From positions 10,044,001 through 10,108,000 of the forward strand of contig OZ024765.1 in the NCBI GenBank assembly GCA_964016885.1: DNA of 64,000 nucleotides. The letters run 5' to 3'. Each line of letters begins with the position of its first letter. Position 1 is the stretch's first letter. Of the stretch, positions 42,773 through 55,799 are shown piece after piece. Source of the DNA: Eledone cirrhosa. Taxonomy: Eukaryota. The translations under genes were made by a program, and so were the position numbers. A model generated the notes under the pieces. It searched no databases. It was not told the DNA's origin and was given only the letters and a program-made list of their open reading frames with translations.

Positions 42773-42817
42773 AATATTGAACTAGTTTCGTTGTTGTTAC
42801 AACTCATCAGCAATATT
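42773..42817 (-). ncRNA. Minimal type I hammerhead in 468-bp unit, copy 1
   Basis: AATATTG-CTGATGA-GTTG/CAAC-GAAA-CTAG-TT-CAATATT. Confidence 0.85.
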
Positions 42818-43240
42818 TACCTATCTTCCGGCCTCTCTAGAGAATCGTAAAAGCACATATCGTTATATGCTTTTTCTATGAAAATTAGTAGTGGGCAGAC
42901 TAATTTGCATAGAGTGTGAGTAAGTACCGGTTCAACGGAGACGATAAAAACAAATAACGAAACGAAATTAAATTTCGTTTCGTTTGTAACTCACTTTTGT
43001 ATGACTGACGCTTAAACAATTAAGTTAAAGATGTACATCCATATATGTATACTGAAATACTAGTATGTATATGAATACACACACGTATACATATGTAGAT
43101 GTACCAAGTTTTTTTCACTGGTCACTTTACTGTGAGTGGCCAGCTATTCTGTATGTAAACACACAGACAAACCGGTTTTTCGAGTCATACTGGTTTTTGA
43201 GGAAACACCTTTCCTCTATTCTCCAGAAAGCCAGACAAGG

Positions 43241-43285
43241 AATATTGAACTAGTTTCGTTGTTGTTACAACTCATCAGCAATATT
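43241..43285 (-). ncRNA. Minimal type I hammerhead in 468-bp unit, copy 2
   Basis: Identical motif 468 bp from copy 1. Confidence 0.85.
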
Positions 43286-43628
43286 TACCTATCTTCCGGC
43301 CTCTCTAGAGAATCGTAAAAGTGACCAGTGAAAAAAACTTGGTACATCTACATATGTATACGTGTGTGTATTCATATACATACTAGTATTTCAGTATACA
43401 TATATGGATGTACATCTTTAACTTAATTGTTTAAGCGTCAGTCATACAAAAGTGAGTTACAAACGAAACGAAATTTAATTTCGTTTCGTTATTTGTTTTT
43501 ATCGTCTCCGTTGAACCGGTACTTACTCACACTCTATGCAAATTAGTCTGCCCACTACTAATTTTCATAGAAAAAGCATATAACGATATGTGCTTTTACG
43601 ATTCTCTAGAGAGGCCGGAAGATAGGTA

Positions 43629-43673
43629 AATATTGCTGATGAGTTGTAACAACAACGAAACTAGTTCAATATT
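43629..43673 (+). ncRNA. Minimal type I hammerhead in the inverted 468-bp unit
   Basis: Same motif on the + strand. Confidence 0.85.
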
Positions 43674-44239
43674 CCTTGTCTGGCTTTCTGGAGAATAGAG
43701 GAAAGGTGTTTCCTCAAAAACCAGTATGACTCTAAAAACCGGTTGTCTGTGTGTTTACATACAGAATAGCTGGCCACTCACAGTAAAGTGACCAGTGAAA
43801 AAAAACTTGGTACATCTACATATGTATACGTGTGTGTATTCATATACATACTAGTATTTCAGTATACATATATGGATGTACATCTTTAACTTAATTGTTT
43901 AAGCGTCAGTCATACAAAAGTGAGTTACAAACGAAACGAAATTTAATTTCGTTTCGTTATTTGTTTTTATCACATATATATATATATACATATATATATA
44001 TACATATATATACATATACATATATATATATATATACATATATGATGTATATATATATATATATATGTATATACATATATGATATATTTTGCACTCAGCC
44101 TCACCGCTATGTCCGGGTCAGTATAAAATCGCTAACTTCCTGCAAATCCAAGATCGACAAATTCCTATTGCAGGAGTCTGCAATATAATGGTTTTTGACG
44201 ACAGAACATAGGATTTACTTCTTCAGCAAGTCTTTCGTT

Positions 44240-44277
<38 letters not shown>

Positions 44278-44867
44278 CATAAGCTCCCACCCTTGCAAGA
44301 AGGGAAAAAGCGGACGTAAAATGAAATGATGATGATGATGATATGTATACATATACATGTGAAGGCGCATGGCTTAGTCGTTAGATCTGTCATTGCGGCT
44401 GTTTCTAAAAGCTGCTCGTAAAAGCAGTCTATCTCTTCTTTGCCTAGGCCTGCCTGGGCGGTATAGGCAGAGATGATTGTCAGTAGTCTCCTGCCTACAA
44501 CTAATCTAAGCTTAATTATTCAATTACTAACTCAAACTACCTCTATTGTCTTATTGATCCATCTCTCAGCCAGGAAAATGCCTACTCCCCCTAACCCATC
44601 ATCCTTACCTACTCAGAAAAGCTTATAACTAAGATGTTTGCCTGTGACTAGTCTTGCAGAGGCACCCCTCCATCTCACCTCTTGCACGCAGCACACATCC
44701 ACATGCCTTCTCTCCAGCATCTCCACTATTTCACCAGATCTACCTGTGAGAGTGCCAACATTAAGTGTTGCAACTCTTTATATTTTTGTTGTTCCTATAT
44801 ATTTGTTGCTGTGCTCATAATTGATTTGGCATTGATACACTGGTTGGATGCCCTTCCTAACACCATT

Positions 44868-45193
44868 GAGGCGCATGGCTTAGTGGTTAGAGCATTGGCC
44901 TTGCAATCAAAAGGTTGTGAGTTCAATTCTTTGACCGGATGATGTGTTGTTTCCTTGAGCAAGACACTTTATTTCACGTTGCTCCAGTTTACTCAGCTGT
45001 AGAAATGAGATGATAGGGACTGGGGTCCCTATCATTCCCCTGCAAAGTGGTCGTGGAGGTGCCACGGCAAAAAAGGACCCAGCACTCACTGTAAATGAGG
45101 TTGGTGTTAGGAAGGGCATCCAGCTGTAAAAATCAAGCCAAAATCAGTTCCCGTCCCACCCTTGCAAGCAGGGAAAAAGCGGACGTAAAAATG

Positions 45194-45195
<2 letters not shown>
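44868..45195 (+). mobile_element. tRNA-derived SINE
   Basis: Homologous to the 33317 copy. Confidence 0.85.
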
Positions 45196-45234
<39 letters not shown>

Positions 45235-45369
45235 CATACATATATATATATATACATATACATACATATATATATATATACATATACATACATATATACA
45301 TATACATACATATATACAAAATATATATATATATATACATATACATACATATATACATATATATACATA

Positions 45370-46333
45370 CAGCAGCTGTGCTGAAACAGCAAGCAGCAAA
45401 CAGCCACAGGAAACAAGTACCACCAATCTCTGGGAGGGCCCTGTAGAAACAGTAGACAGCTTCTGCTACCTAGGTGACCGAATTAGCAACGGCGGTGGGT
45501 GTTCAGAAAGTACAATAACTAGGGTAAGAACGGGATGGAAGAAGTTTAGGGAACTACTACCACTGCAAAAGGCTTCTCCCTCAGAATGAAAGGCAGACTG
45601 TATGATGCGTGTATCCGAACAGCGATGTTGCATGGTAGTGAGACCTGGGCGCTGAAGGTGGAAGACTTACGTAGATTAGAGAGAAACGAAGCCTGCATGC
45701 TCCGATGGATGTGTAACAGTAATATACGTGAACGACAAAGCATAAATGAATTGAGAGAGAGACTGAGCATAAGAGGAATCAAATGCTGTGTGCAGGAGAG
45801 GCGGTTGCGCTGGTATGGACATGTGATGCGTATGAAGGATGACAGCTGCATAAAAAGGTGCAGAACACTAGAAGTTGATGGAAACCGCGGAGTGGGGAGA
45901 CCCAAGATGACCTGGGATGAGGTGATAAAAGCCGACCTTACCCAATTACACCTCTCAAAGACAATGACACACGACCGTGACTTTTGGCGTCACGCAGTAA
46001 TACAGAGTACCCGACCTCCCATGGGTACAAGCTGAAGCATATAGACAATATGCCCCCACAAACCCCAGTGCAAGGTGGTCGTGGAGGTGCCACGGCAAAA
46101 AAGCACCCAGCCCACACTGTAAAGTGGACGTGTAGGCGCCACGAAAAAGCACCCAGCACTCACTGTAAATGAGGTTGGTGTTAGGAAGGGCATCCAGCTG
46201 TAGAAATCAAGCCAGATCAGTTCCTGTATGAGCAAGGCATGGTCAGCCGACCAGACACTGCCCACAACAGGACAACCCGTCTAACCCATGCTAGCATGGA
46301 AGAACGGACGTAAAACGGTGATGATGATGATGA
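45370..46333 (+). mobile_element. RTE-clade LINE 3' fragment
   Basis: FCYLG, LHGSETW, RLRWYGHV, 3' UTR and (ATG)n tail. Confidence 0.88.
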
Positions 46334-47378
46334 TACATACATATATACATACATACATATACATATATATACATACAAACATATACATACATATATACAT
46401 ATACATACATATATATATATATATACATATATACATATGCATACATATATACATACATATATACATATGCATACATATATACATACATACATATATATAT
46501 ACATACACACACACATATATATATACATACATATATACATACATACATATATATATACATACATACATATACATATATATACATACAAACATATATATAT
46601 ACATACACACACACATATATATATATATATATACATATATACATATACATACATATATACATACATACATATAGATATACATACACACACATATATATAT
46701 ATATATACATATACATACATATATACATACATACATATACATATATATACATACAAACATATACATACATATATGCATATACATACATATATATATATAT
46801 GCATATACATACATATATACATACATATATATATACATACACACACACATATATATATATATATACATATACATACATATATACATACATACATATATAT
46901 ACATATATACATATACATACATATATACATATACATACATATATAAATATATATACATATATAAATATATATACATACACACACACATATATATATATAT
47001 ATACATATACATACATATATACATACATACATATATACATATACATACATATATACATACATACATACATATATACATACATATACATATATATACATAC
47101 AAACATATATACATACACACACATATATATATATATATATACACATATACATACATATATACATACATACATATATATATACATACAAACATATACATAC
47201 ATATATACATATACATACATATATAAATATATATACATACACACACATATATATATACATACACACACATATATATATATATATACATATACATACATAT
47301 ATACATACATACATATACATATATATACATAAACATATACATACATATATACATACTTATATAAATATATATACATAT

Positions 47379-47415
<37 letters not shown>

Positions 47416-47680
47416 CATACATATATATATATATATATATACATATACATACATATATACATACATACATATACATATATATACATACACACACACACAT
47501 ATATATATATATATACATATATACATATACATACATATATACATACATATATACATATATATATACATACACACATATACATACATATATACATACACAC
47601 ACATATATATACATACACACACACATATATATACATATACATATACATACATATATACATACATACATATATATATACAT

Positions 47681-47729
<49 letters not shown>

Positions 47730-48151
47730 CATGGTGGCTGCCAACTCGTTTTCGAGTACGGCCACTACTTTATATCCATGTAGGAGAACCCCTACTGATG
47801 CGCTGAACGAGTGTGACTTTTCAGTCCAGCCAGCGACTTGAAAACTCGGGTACAAACACTACACTTGTGACAATTATTGACACATAGTGCTGGGCCCATG
47901 GTACCATGTCACGACAAGTGCAGAGAGATCTCCAGATATAAAGCAATGCCTGTGCCGTGAAGCTTTTATAGTGAGCAAAGGCACTGCACAAAGCCAGTCC
48001 CACTCTCTTAACCAAGATGATATTTACCAATTTACATATATATTTACATATACATACATACATACATATATATATATATATACATACACACACACATATA
48101 TATATATATACATATAATATAAGATCAAAAGATGGTTAAAGGAGTTCCATG

Positions 48152-48276
48152 TATTTTATTATGCGCATTTCAAAAACAAACATCATCATGCAATAATATT
48201 TGCAATAATATGCAATAATATTTGCAATAATATGCAATAATATGCAATAATATTTGTGTTTTCATCAGATAAAACA
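48152..48276 (-). ncRNA. Hammerhead (inverted arm copy) with tandemly expanded stem II
   Basis: Reverse complement of 48346-48416 plus extra TGCAATAATA(TT) copies. Confidence 0.65.
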
Positions 48277-48345
48277 GGGGAATGATATGTTGATTTAAAA
48301 CTGCACTATCCACAAGTGTTTTTTAGCCTTCATATCATGTTCCCC

Positions 48346-48416
48346 TGTTTTATCTGATGAAAACACAAATATTATTGCATGATGATGTTTGTTTTTGAAA
48401 TGCGCATAATAAAATA
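48346..48416 (+). ncRNA. Minimal type I hammerhead ribozyme
   Basis: TGTTTTAT-CTGATGA-long stem II-GAAA-TGCGCA-TA-ATAAAATA; palindromic stem/loop III. Confidence 0.85.
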
Positions 48417-48652
48417 CATGGAACTCCTTTAACCATCTTTTGATCTTATATTATGCATACTCCAGTCCTACAAACTGTAGAGTGCTTCTTATCCGATATC
48501 TGCATTGCTTTATTGTACTACAATAAAACTCACCTCCTACATATATATACATATACATACATATATACATACATATATACATACATACATATACATATAT
48601 ACATACATACAAACATATATATGTCTGAATGTACTTCTCTTTTCATCCACAG

Positions 48653-48904
48653 TTACATGTTTGAACAAAGGTGAAATTGTGGAATTGGGCTACACTGACC
48701 CAGATACAGGATGTAAATGTACAATTCCTGGAGCAATGACCTGTACTAAAGAGGATAGTACAGGGGGTGGTGGTGGAGGGTGTCATGTAGCGCTTAGTGG
48801 AGAGCTTGTTAGAGGGTGTGGTAACGGGCATGGTGGATGGCCTGATAATGTACCCGGAACATGGCCCCCCGTATTACCCCCACCGGAGGCTGAGAACGAG
48901 ACTG
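48653..48904 (+). CDS. Exon 16, module plus Gly/Pro-rich extension (VTCLNKGEIVELGYTDPDTGCKCTIPGAMTC...GGGGGGC...WPPVLPPPEAENET)
   Basis: atccacAG / GTAATT, 252 nt, phase 1-1; flanking intron sequence is homologous to that of exons 10-15. Confidence 0.88.
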
Positions 48905-49024
48905 GTAATTATCTCCTTTGTTACCAAATTAATACATCTTTTCCCTGATGAGAAGACAAATACATATGCTAACCTCTTTGATATGAAATTAGTACTCTTT
49001 TCAGGATAACAATATAATTATTAA

Positions 49025-49231
49025 CCCTTTAGCATTCACATTACTCTATGAATACTACTGTATTTTCATGGTAAAGGTTTTATCTCACATAATATCGAAT
49101 CTATGAGATGTTGATATTATTTATTTTGAGAACAATACCTTAACATCAGTTTGAGCGACCAGTTACAGCCAGTTTCAACAGAAAGAGGTAGAGAATACTG
49201 ACTGGTTTTGGCCGGTTTAAACATTAAAGGG
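49025..49231. mobile_element. piggyBac-type MITE (TTAA-CCCTTTA...TAAAGGG-TTAA); copies at 15167-15373, 53433-53650 and in each tandem unit
   Basis: TTAA target duplication and CCC/GGG termini. Confidence 0.8.
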
Positions 49232-50308
49232 TTAAGGTCAGTATTTCCATTAAGCGATGTGCATGTCTTCTGATGAGAAGCCAAATACATATGCTAACCC
49301 CTTTTATACGAAATTAGTACTCTTTACAGGATAACAATATAATTATTACAGTAAGTATTCCCATTAGGCGATGTACATATCTTCTTATGACAACCCAAAT
49401 ACATATGCAAATCAATTCAAGATATTTAGGAACTTTTTCAATTTGCAGGGAAGAAAGGAAGTATGTAAAATGTTATGTTAACATATCTATATTTTCAATG
49501 TGTAAATTTACATACATATTTACACAGTCTACATATAGAGAGTTCACCAGGAAAATGTATACACATTTCAGCAAAAGAAAAAAAATTTATAAATATTTTT
49601 CTTGCTTAAATACCTCTTTCGAAAGTTATATCTAAACATATATATATGTTTTTTATCCTCTCCTTTGTTCTGTCATACGCCATAACAAAGGAGAGGCACA
49701 AAAACAAAGAAAAGAATCCCCAGTCACTGAAGAGGTCACAGATTGTGTGACGAAAGAACTTTGACAATATATGAACAATCATCTGGTTGTGGAACCAACC
49801 AACCAACCGGAAATTTATAAATTCCTAAATTTATAAATTTATTATAATAAATTGAAGTGAAAGCAAGTGTTGTGTGTGTTTCTTATTGGCAACATGACCC
49901 TCCCAAAGTATAACAATATCGGTTTAAACACACGTTTTCAGATAAAGAATCTTGCTAAACAAATTCAGAAACGAAATATATATATAACGAAGGAAATGTG
50001 GTAAGGAACCAGATGGACCACAACGCATCAAAGTACTCAATACTTAGGGTAGTATAGTAATAATAATAAATTTGAAGACTAAAATCCAAAGAGGGCTCGA
50101 TTAGGATAAATATATATCAAATATATAAGAACCGTAGAGCAAATGTTTATTAAAATAACAGATTAAAGTTTAAGCAAAGAATTGCTGCTTTCACCCTTAA
50201 CGGGATCTTATATATATATATGAGTACCTATGAATACCTGAGAGTACCTGGGAGTACCTAGAGTACCTGAGACTAACTATGTGTATATTCTTTCTTTTTC
50301 TTGTACAG

Positions 50309-50434
50309 ATGTTCAATGTTTGTTTAAAGGTGAACCAAAACCAATTGGAAGAATCAATTCATTTTGTAATTGTACGAAAGATGGCAGAGTTTTATGTAAC
50401 ACTACCGATGATTTTCATATGGATGACGTTCCAG
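50309..50434 (+). CDS. Exon 17, 4-Cys module (DVQCLFKGEPKPIGRINSFCNCTKDGRVLCNTTDDFHMDDVP)
   Basis: ttgtacAG / CAG|GTAAGA, 126 nt, phase 1-1. Confidence 0.88.
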
Positions 50435-50658
50435 GTAAGACTCCTCTTACTTCCCTTTCACCTTCCTCAGGTAAAGCTCCCCCTTCTTCACCTCACCCTT
50501 CACCTTCCACCTGTACAGGTAAGACTCCTCCTACTGCTATTTCACCTTCCTCAAGTAAGCTCCTCCTCCTTCACCTCCTCCTTCCACCTGTACAGGTAAA
50601 GCTCCTCCTCCTCCTTCCTCAGGTAAGCCTCCTCCTTCCTCAGGTAAGCTCCTCCTCC

Positions 50659-51988
50659 TTAACTACTAAAGGGTTAACTACTAAAGCGTTAACTACTAAA
50701 GGGTTAACTACTAAAGGTTAACTACTAAAGGGTTAACTATTAAAGGTTAACTACTAAAGGGTTAACTACTAAAGGTTAACTACTAAAGGGTTAACTATTA
50801 AAGGTTAACTACTAAAGGGTTAACTACTAAAGGTTAACTACTAAAGGGTTAACTATTAAAGGGTTAACTACTAAAGGGTTAACTACTAAAGGTTAACTAC
50901 TAAAGGTTAACTACTAAAAGTTAACTACTAAAGGTTAACTACTAAAGGGTTATCTACTAAAGGTTAACTACTAAAGGGTTAACTATTAAAGGTTAACTAC
51001 TAAAGGGTTATCTACTAAAGGTTAACTACTAAAAGTTAACTACTAAAGGTTAACTACTAAAGGGTTAACTACTAAAGGGTTATCTACTAAAAGTTAACTA
51101 CTAAAGGGTTAACTACTAAAGGTTAACTACTAAAGGTTTAACTATTAAAGGTTAACTACTAACGGGTTAACTACTAAAGGGTTATCTACTAAAGGTTAAC
51201 TACTAAAGGTTAACTACTAAAGGGTTAACTACTAAAGGGTTATCTACTAAAGGTTAACTACTAAAGGTTAACTACTAAAGGGTTAACTACTAAAGGGTTA
51301 TCTACTAAAGGTTAACTACTAAAAGTTAACTACTAAAGGTTAACTACTAAAGGGTTAACTACTAAAGGGTTATCTACTAAAGGTTAACTACTAAAGGGTT
51401 ATCTACTAAAGGTTAACTACTAAAAGTTAACTACTAAAGGTTAACTACTAAAGGGTTAACTACTAAAGGGTTAACTATTAAAGGTTAACTACTAAAGGTT
51501 AACTACTAAAGGTTAACTACTAAAGGTTTACTACTAAAGGTTAACTACTAAAGGTTAACTACTAAAGGTACTAAAGGTTTACTACTAAAGGTTAACTACT
51601 AAAGGTACTAAAGGTTTACTACTAAAGGTTAACTACTAAAGGTACTAAAGGTTTACTACTAAAGGTTAACTACTAAAGGTACTAAAGGTTTACTACTAAA
51701 GGTTAACTACTAAAGGTACTAAAGGTTTACTACTAAAGGTTAACTACTAAAGGTACTAAAGGTTTACTACTAAAGGTTAACTACTAAAGGTACTAAAGGT
51801 TTACTACTAAAGGTTAACTACTAAAGGTACTAAAGGTTTACTACTAAAGGTTAACTACTAAAGGTACTAAAGGTTTACTACTAAAGGTTAACTACTAAAG
51901 GTACTAAAGGTTTACTACTAAAGGTTAACTACTAAAGGTACTAAAGGTTTACTACTAAAGGTTAACTACTAAAGGTACTAAAGGGTTA
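50659..51988. repeat. 14/15-bp minisatellite TTAACTACTAAAGG(G), turning into a 37-bp higher-order unit
   Basis: Direct tandem array. Confidence 0.95.
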
Positions 51989-52779
51989 AACAATTATGGT
52001 ATTACAATTATCTCAGGTGTGTGTGGATGTGGGTGTGGGTCAGAGTGTGTGTGTCTGTGTGTGTGTCTGTGTGCGTGTGTCTCTGGGTGTGTGTGTGCCT
52101 GTGTGTGTGGGGGGGGGGGGTCTGTGTGTGTCTGTGTCTGGGTGTGTCTGTGTGTCTGTCTGTCTGTGTGTGTGTCTAGATGTGTGTGTGTGTCTAGATG
52201 TGTGTGAGTGTCTGTGTGTGTGTCAGTGTGTGTGCATGCATGCATGTATGTATGTGTCAGTGTATGTGTATGTGCCATTGTATGTGTATGTGTCAGTGTG
52301 TATGTGTCAGTGTGTATGTGTCAGTGTATGTGTCAGTGTGTATGTGTCAGTGTGTGTGTGTCAGTGTGTATGTGTCAGTGTGTATGTGTCAGTGTGTGTG
52401 TGTGTCAGTGTGTGTGTGTGTCAGTGTGTGTGTGTCAGTGTGTATGTGTCAGTGTATGTGTCAGTGTGTATGTGTCAGTGTGTATGTGTCAGTGTGTATG
52501 TGTCAGTGTGTGTGTCAGTGTATGTGTGTCAGTGTGTGTATGTGTCAGTGTATGTGTCAGTGTATATGTGTCAGTGTGTGTGTGTCAGTGTATGTGTGTC
52601 AGTGTGTGTATGTGTCAGTGTATGTGTCAGTGTGTGTGTGTCAGTGTGTATGTGTCAGTGTGTGTATGTCAGTGTGTGTGTGTGTCACTTTACAAATGTG
52701 TACTGTAAATGAAACAATGCCAAGTATTTAACCCTTTTGACATCAACCCACCCTGGAACTCTCCAAAAGCCCCCAGTCA

Positions 52780-53340
52780 CCTAGAACACCCTGGGACCCA
52801 ATGGAATCCCTTTAGAACACTCTGGGACCCAGTGGAATCCCCTGGAACACTCTGGGGCCCAGTGGAATAACCCAGAACACTCTGGGGCCCAGTGGAATCC
52901 CCTGGAACACTCTGGGGCCCAGTAGAATCACCTAGAACACTCTGGGGCCCAGTGGAATCACCCAGAACACTCTGGGGCCCAGTGGAATCCCCTGGAACAC
53001 TCTGGGGCCCAGTGGAATCACCTAGAACACTCTGGGACCCAGTGGAATCCCCTAGAACACTCTGGGACCCAGTGGAATCCCCTAGAACACTCTGGGACCC
53101 AGTGGAATCACCCAGAACACTCTGGGACCCAGTAGAATCCCCTGGAACATTCTGGGGCCCAGTGGAATCACCTAGAACACTCTGGGACCCAGTGGAATCA
53201 CCTAGAACAGTCTGGGACTCAGTAGAATCCCCTAGAACACTCTGGGACCCAGTGGAATCCCCTAGAACACTCTGGGACCCAGTGGAATCCCTTGGTAGAC
53301 CCTGGAACATCTTGGTATCTGCTGGAACTCCCTGGAACTC
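52780..53340. repeat. 30-bp minisatellite CCTAGAACACTCTGGGACCCAGTGGAATCC
   Basis: Direct tandem array. Confidence 0.95.
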
Positions 53341-54625
53341 TACTCTGCTTCTATGATAAAAATCAATTTCGATTAGAGTTCATATTTATCAAAAAACCTT
53401 CCTCCATATTTCTATATACAAACTTTTGTTAACCCTTTAGCATTTAAACCGGTCATATCTAACCAGAATTCTCTCACCTCTTTCTATTCAAACCGGCTGT
53501 TACCAGCTATTCATATTTATGGTAAGGTATTGTTCTCAAAATAATTATCAAGATCTCATAGATTTGATATTATGTGAGATAATTATGTGAAATAAAGAGT
53601 TTATGGTGAAAATATAATAGTAAATATAGAATAATGTCAATGCTAAAGGGTTAAGTTATGTCCAAACACCAGCTTAACCCTTTTGATATCAAACCCCACT
53701 GGAACCTCACCTCTGGTTCTATGTCAAAAAACTGTTTAGTTTAAAGGGTCCATATTTGATACAAAACCACCTAAAACTCCAACCTGTTCCTATGATAACC
53801 TTTTTATTTATCTAAAAGTCTTCCATCTATATTCTGCATAAGAACCTTTGTTAAGTTGTGTTCCAAACAACAGCTTAACCCTTTTGATACCAAACTACCC
53901 TGTTTCTACGATAAAAATTTTTATATTTATCAAAAAATTTTCCATCATAATTCTAGATAAGAGCCTTTGTTAAGTTATATTCCATCAGATCTGAGTTGGT
54001 ACTCAAAGTGAAGTAACAGTCCGTACAGTGGGATACGATCCTGTACGAATGCCCAAACAGGCCAGGGGACCACAACTGGCTTATACATTGCTATGCGCTA
54101 CCAAGTTCATTTTATGATTACCTCATACTACTCCTCTCTCTTTACATCTGAACGCTAACCACATTAGAGCACTAAATATATTCCATCATGAAGGTACGTG
54201 GCTGAGTGGTTAGAGAGTTGGATTCACAATCGCGAGGTTGTGATTTCAATTTCCAGACCGGGCGATGCGTTATGTCCTTCAATAAGACACTTTATTTCAC
54301 GTTGCTCTTTTTATGTGGAGTTGCGACTGATAGATAATATTGATTTCTTTATTAGCCACAAGGGCGCAACAAAAAAGGGGACAATACAAAGACATGCCGG
54401 GGATTTTACATACAGTCGTGTAAAAAATATAAAAACAAACAAATAATATTAGCAATTGGAAAGACCAATGGAAACATTGTTTCCTCCATTTGATTTGACG
54501 AGCACCACCCCACTCGTTAAGCAACTGAGGTCTGGGATCTTATCGATCAGCAGTCTATATATATATTCCATTGTAATGTGTGTATTGAGTACTCTAACTT
54601 TGTGAGCTTTCCTTTACTTCTTCAG

Positions 54626-54735
54626 AGAAACCATGTTCCTATCAAGGGGAACTTGTAGGTCCCGGTCAGATTGGAAATTCAGGATGTAACTGCACAAACG
54701 AAACTGTTGTATGTGATAAACGAAAAGGTTGGTAA
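54626..54735 (+). CDS. Exon 18, 4-Cys module (EKPCSYQGELVGPGQIGNSGCNCTNETVVCDKRKGW*); terminal, or spliced after 54727
   Basis: cttcAG acceptor and module motif. In-frame TAA at 54733-54735, but an in-phase G|GTTGGT donor after 54727 leaves the 3' end of the gene unresolved. Confidence 0.8.
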
Positions 54736-55504
54736 ACCCTTTATTACAATATTTGTAGAGTAATGACAGGAATAATAATACACATATATGTATGCTCAAA
54801 TTTTTATACCACATTGAGAATGTTTTCCGTGAACTTAGAGTTTGCAAAGTGAATCAGTTGGATTCGCATGGATGTTTGTAGATGTCACATAAACATATGA
54901 ATTTTTTTAAACTAAACATAAGATAATTAATTTTCACACACTATGGATACTTGTCTCATTCAGGAATACTGATATTTACAATATAGTGTAAGTTTTATAA
55001 ATACTAATACATTAAAACATAGGGTTTTTACGCCTCGAATATATCTGGCTATTTTTAAATTTTTTTCTCTCGCTATTTTTTTTCCTCTCTCTATATTTTT
55101 TCTCTCTCTATATATCTCCCTTACATTAATACTTGAGCTAAATAAATAAATAAATAAATAAATGTATCATTGATACATTTACTCAAAATGACCTCCCACT
55201 ACCTAATTTTCTATATATATATGTATCTATCTCTATTTCCTCTCTCTCTATATATATATATCTCTTTCTGTTTCTTTACATGAAGTTCTTCGCTTTATCT
55301 ATCTTTCCATCTCTCTATTTTGTTCCATGCATTTCTTCTTTTTCTTCTTTTTCTTCCTTTTCTTCGTTTTCTGTCTTTCTTTCTTTTTTCTCTCTTTCTT
55401 TCTCTCTGTGTAAAATTTTTTCACTGCCAGCTTAAACCTCTTCAAATGAAGTCGGTGTTATAACGGTATGTCGAATCTATTTATCTATAAAACTGTTTAT
55501 ATTG

Positions 55505-55570
55505 TATTTTGTCTGATGAAGGCATAGCATATTGTTAATATGATATCCCCGAAATATATATAATGAAATA
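55505..55570 (+). ncRNA. Minimal type I hammerhead ribozyme
   Basis: TATTTTGT-CTGATGA-(CATATT/AATATG)-GAAA-TATATA-TA-ATGAAATA; downstream sequence homologous to 1900-2030. Confidence 0.78.
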
Positions 55571-55799
55571 GATATGGTTTTATAAATATAGTTTTCCATT
55601 TATTTAATATTGTAAATATACTCCAAATATTTGTCGAGTGCTTTTATATCAGTTATAAATATTTACTAGTTGTAACCCAACAATTTTAAATATAACTTTC
55701 CATGTATATATATATATATATATATTTATATACATATATATATATACATATACATATGTATATACATACCTATATACTCAGCCTTATTACCCCAAGCAG

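Larger units (their letters stand above)
42551..43970. mobile_element. Retrozyme-like array: 468-bp hammerhead unit, ~1.6 copies (-) folded back into ~1.4 copies (+)
   Basis: Direct repeat 42551/43019; inversion junction ~43320; non-coding; flanked by (TA)n. Confidence 0.75.

Noticed and set aside
48944-49275. CTGATGAGAAG motifs
   Set aside because: No GAAA core or stems; these are duplicated intron sequence shared with the tandem units.
52777-53356. 10-aa repeat ORFs (GDSTGSQSVL)n
   Set aside because: 30-bp minisatellite open on both strands, with no splice support.
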